Assembly (NCBI GenBank): GCA_038087875.1 | Contig: CM075978.1 | Location: 177,320,001-177,384,000, forward strand | DNA: 64,000 bases | From: Malacoraja senta | Lineage: Eukaryota | Reading direction: 5' to 3' | Shown: in pieces, positions 59,771 through 64,000 of the stretch | Layout of the letters: the number at the start of each line of letters is the position of its first letter | Position numbering within the stretch: position 1 is the stretch's first letter | Made by a program: the position numbers and the translations under genes | Notes under the pieces: generated by a model | What the model was told of the DNA's origin: nothing | What the model saw: the letters and a program-made list of their open reading frames with translations, nothing else | Database searches by the model: none

Positions 59771-61665
59771 ACTGTTGCTGCCGGAAATTCCCAAAGCACT
59801 GGCTGCTCTTTTGATTTCTTTCTTCCTCCGTCTGTTTGGCTCCCGTCTCATCTCCCAATAAACAGGAAGTGTCGGTGTTTACTGCACATGCCAGGCCAAA
59901 TGGTATTATTCTGGTATGCATGCCTATCAGTTCAGAGTCTGTTCAGTGAACCAGGAGAAAGAATGAAATGCCAACATTAGCAGAAGCGCATGCTGTTACA
60001 GGGTCACCAGTTACTCGATTCCATGGCATTGCAAAGGAGAGCTGATCAAACAAGAGAGAACACGGGCAAAATGGGGTGGGGCAGTGCAAGGGTCAACAAA
60101 GTCACTTTCCACATTTGATCCTTTAATATCCAGAAGTCCAGGATTAACTCAGTGGCCAAGCCTCCTCAGCCCCTGTGGGAAGAGCATTCCCAAGATTCAC
60201 TTACTCTGAGTGTAGATATTTCTTCATCATAGTCGTAAATCGTTAAGGGCTGCACAGTGGCGTAGTGATAGAGTTTGATCCTGAGTTTGATCCTGACTAC
60301 TGGTGCTATCTGTATGGAGTTTGTACGTTCTCCCTCTGACCGTGTGGGTTTTCGCTGGGTGCTCTGGTTTCCTCCCACATCTTAAAGACGTACAGGTTTG
60401 CAAGTTAATTAGCTTTGGTAAGATTGTAAATTGTCCGCAGTGTGTGATACGGGTGATCGCTCGTTGGCGCGGACTCGGTGGGCCGATGGGCCTGTTTCCC
60501 CACTCTTAAGTATCTCTTAAAGTCAAAAGTAAATTGTCTATTCTCTATCCTGCGACCGTGGCCCCTGCTTCTGGACTCCAAAGCCAGGGGGTTAACCCCA
60601 GCATCTACCAAAGAGAACCATGTAAGAAATGTTGTCTGGTTCATTGAGATCTCTCTTCTAAACTCTAGAGAATACTGTCCCAGTCCACTCAACCACTCCT
60701 CATAGGGAAAACTCATTATCCTGGGCATCAGGCTGGTGAATCTTCACCGCGTTCCATCTATGGCACGTACATCCTTGTGCAGTAGGATTTCCTTCTATAC
60801 TGCTATACTCAGGTCTAATCATAAGGTTAACATGCTATTTGACTTTCTAATCAGTTGTTGCACCTGCATGTTAGCAAAGAACTAATTCCGAACTTCAGAA
60901 GGGGGAAATCAGGAGACCATGTGCCAATTTCAATGGGTGGGTCAGCAGGGCAGCGAGTTAGCAACTTCAAATACCTGGTTGTTAATATCCTCAGACCGAT
61001 CTTGGGCATAGCACATCGATGTAATCATGAAGACCACTTCTTATTAGCACCTCCACTGTGTCAGTAGTTTAACAAAATGAAGCATATCACCCTGACACTC
61101 TAACAAACATATACAGCTGTCCTAACTGCTTGTATCATTGCTTGGTACAGCACATTAAAAGCACTGGAATGCAAGAGGCTGCAGAGTGAGGTGGATTCAG
61201 CCCGGTCCATCACGGTCATAGCTCTTCCCACCATTGAAAGCATCTACCACACCACCTCTTGAACTATTTGTTTTCTAGTGTATTTGCATTAATGTTTTGT
61301 TTTTTGCTTGTCACTGTCGTATAGAATTTCTGTGTAATTAATTACTGTCCCTTCAGTCAAACAGATATAGACTGAGAGTAGCTGGGGTCTAAGCACTGAT
61401 CCTGGGTGGCCCCACCAGTCACAGCCCAACAACCTGACACCAATCTGTTTAGGACCCAAAGTGTTGGAGTAACTCAGTGGGTCAGGTAGCATCTCTGGAT
61501 AACATATATAGGTGACACTTCGGGTCAGGGCCCTTCTTCAGACTGAGTGGGTCTGAATCAGTCCGTGTCAGTCCATCATCCCATCTTCACATGCTCTAAC
61601 CTTGCTAACCAAATTCCAATGTGGGACTTTATCGAAAGTTTTCCAAAAGCCTAAGTACAACCTAT

Positions 61666-61950
61666 GGGGCGGCACAGTGGTGCAGCGGTAGAGTTGCTGC
61701 TTTACAGCGCCAGAGACCCGGGTTCAATTTTGTCTACGGATGCTGTCTGTATGGAGTTTGTACGGCCTCGTTGTGACTGTGTGGCTTTTCTCCAGGTGCT
61801 ACGGTTTCCTCCCACATTCGCAAGACGTGCAGGTTTGTAGGTTAATTAGCTCTGTAAATCATCCCTAGTGTGGAGGATAGAACTAGTGTACATGGATTGC
61901 TGGTCGGCGTGGACTTGGTGGGCCGTAGGGCCCGTTTCCAAGCTTATCTC
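61666..61950 (+). mobile_element. V-domain (HE1-like) SINE; similar copies near 49130, 53530, 59045 and 60248
   Basis: GGGGCGGCACAGTGGTGCAGCGGTAGAG head, GGGTTCAAT B box, V domain, CR1-like tail. Confidence 0.75.
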
Positions 61951-64000
61951 CAAAACTAAAATTAAAACTATCCCTTATTTCATTGTACATATCGTCAGAG
62001 TCTCAAAGTCATTTCGGAAACCGATTAATAAAACAAATGCCAGTTCACATAATGAGACATCTGAGAAGATGACCTTACTCTCAGTCAAAGAGATAATAAA
62101 GACACACAGCAATTAACTTGCAAAGGAGTTTGACAAATACATTGCAAACAAAGAGAAAGAATGCAAAAAATGAGTGTGACATTAGAGAGGGTGCATATAC
62201 ACATTTTGGGAAAGAGAACCAAGGTAGGTGGAGTTGAAAACAAGGCATAATGAAGACCCTACACTTATATTTCTGAAGAAGAGTCCCGATCCGAGACATC
62301 GTCTATCCAAGTCCACCAGAGATGTTGCCTGACCCGATGAGTTACTCCAATACTTTGTTATTTTCTGATAAAGTTTCTGTGTGTTTTCCTTAAATTTATA
62401 AAATGGCTTTCCTGACTTTATGATCTCCCTAAGGTTTAACAGCCACTGAATACTGCAGCGGTATAGTTGCTGCTGCTATGTATAGATTTGGATATTTATG
62501 CAACTCAAATCCATCCATGTAAAGCTGGAGAGAGAAGGGAATGTGGATGATTGTGAACAGAATTCCCTTTGTTCCCAGTACACAGCCTGCAATTTCCTAC
62601 CATTAACATTAACAGACAGGATACCAAGGGTTGACAGACTATTTTTTACAGCAAGCTCCTCAGGAGGGCCCTGTATGAGGTTCCAATGGAAATTGCATCT
62701 CAGACTCACATAATTTGCTGATGATTTGTAGTCACATTGCCCAATAAATGTATCGGAGAGTTGGGCACAATTAGGACTTTGTAAAGTCCCTGTAATGTAA
62801 GTTGAATGTCTGGCACTACTTAGCCATACTCTGAGAGAGGGGCAAAGTCAGTCACCATGCAAACCACTTTGATTCTTCCTACATCAGCCTCCCTTAAAGA
62901 CCTCCCGCCACTTACAGCACATTGTGCCTGCTTTAAGTGGACAATGATGGAAAACGTTGGGACTGTTTTAATTACACCCTAGCACTTAATACATTCTGAA
63001 CAAAAATACAGAACTAGAAAGTGACGTAAGAAATTCTTTATCATAAAGCAATATGAATATTAGTAGCTGCTGCCCATGGAATTGGTTTCCTCTGGAAATC
63101 AGCATAAGCATATGTAAAAGGATCTGGCAGATAACTGACTGAGCTGGTCAGTGCCAGATCTACTTGCTCCACAAAGCACTACCCAAGCTAAAGAGGCCAT
63201 TCAGTTCACAGGGAGTTACAGTTGGCCAATTAATGCTGGTCTTTGCAACAACAGTCACCCCATAAAACGTACAAAAAAATGTCTAGCTTAATATTACAGA
63301 ACATGTCCTCATCCATGTCTTTGTTAGCTCTGGACTACACCAATATAATCTTGGGGGGTGAAGGGAGGGGGGGAGAGGGGAGAGGGGAGAGGGGAGGAGG
63401 GGGTGGGGTAATTAGGGAAAGGGGAGCTTATTTGGATGACGAGTTTAGAGATGGAAGAATGAGGTACAGGTTGGACAGGATTCCTTTACAGGAGTGTGGG
63501 GCTCACAAAGATGTGTGGGAGGGAGGGCTGGGACTCCACTGATGCTTCTGTAATGAGTTGAGGCAAGGGAAGGATGTGAAAGGGAAGAAAAAAATCGGAA
63601 TCAGTCTGGTATCGGGAAAATCCAGGGAACAGCTGGATGGGTGAATGGGTTTGGGGAGGGGGATCTGATTGAGGGATGTGGACATGGTCGGTTATGGTGT
63701 GGGATGATTGGTTTGGTTGGGGTGTAACAGCAGGGGCAGGTGGTCAAAGGGCTTTGTTAGAGTCGTGGGTATGGGACAAGGTGGTGGAGTGGGGACTTGT
63801 TTGGGTGGCTGATGAGAGTGGGGTGATTGGTATGGCAAGGCGGTTGTGCTGTGATGGGATGGGGCTGGGAGTTGGTTTGACAATGATGGAGGTGGGTGGG
63901 TTTGTTGATATGGATGAGAGGTGTGGTTGGTTGGAGGGGTAAGTGTAGTTGATGGGATAGGTGGAGAATTGATCTGTAAAGATTTAGAGAGTATAGAGAT

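Noticed and set aside
35897-61545. Idea that sense-oriented intronic hammerheads were selectively inactivated
   Set aside because: Most lesions fall at CpGs of CGAAACG and also affect antisense copies; methylation decay is enough to explain them and the sample is small.
61666-61740. tRNA-like A/B boxes as tRNA genes
   Set aside because: They continue into V-domain and LINE tails and lack a full cloverleaf; these are SINE heads.
51673-64000. Search for the first three MTSS2 coding exons (METAEKEC..., YPIWEDF..., FLDAFQKVAD...)
   Set aside because: Not found; the region is a TE-rich intron, so the 5' end must lie beyond the window.
63250-64000. Possible very old Penelope ORF relic on the minus strand
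   Set aside because: Similarity too degraded to support a call without alignment.

Overview
Vertebrate genomic DNA. The repeat content (abundant CR1, Rex1-like, Penelope-derived palindromes, HE1/V-type SINEs) points to a cartilaginous fish, probably a skate or ray (inference). The minus strand carries the 3' part of MTSS2 (MTSS1L/ABBA, an I-BAR + WH2 protein): 13 coding exons from the GATRDIGSAL exon (51672) to the stop codon (23943), all with GT-AG boundaries in compatible phase. The first three coding exons were not found and should lie right of the window. The gene includes a 9-nt microexon (ELL), an exon with two in-frame donors, and a 192-nt MTSS1-type '...IPSWK' exon absent from the canonical human MTSS2 as I recall it. 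The first 6.6 kb is a decayed Gypsy LTR element with CR1, hAT-MITE and CORE-SINE insertions. A nearly intact Tc1 (DD34E) and several non-autonomous DNA transposons sit in introns. The most striking observation is a 143-bp TSD-flanked retroposon at 12035-12177 (minus) whose 5' end is a minimal, CPEB3-like HDV-family self-cleaving ribozyme fold rather than a tRNA head. Penelope-derived elements with hammerhead motifs are also present. All homology statements come from recall, not database searches.
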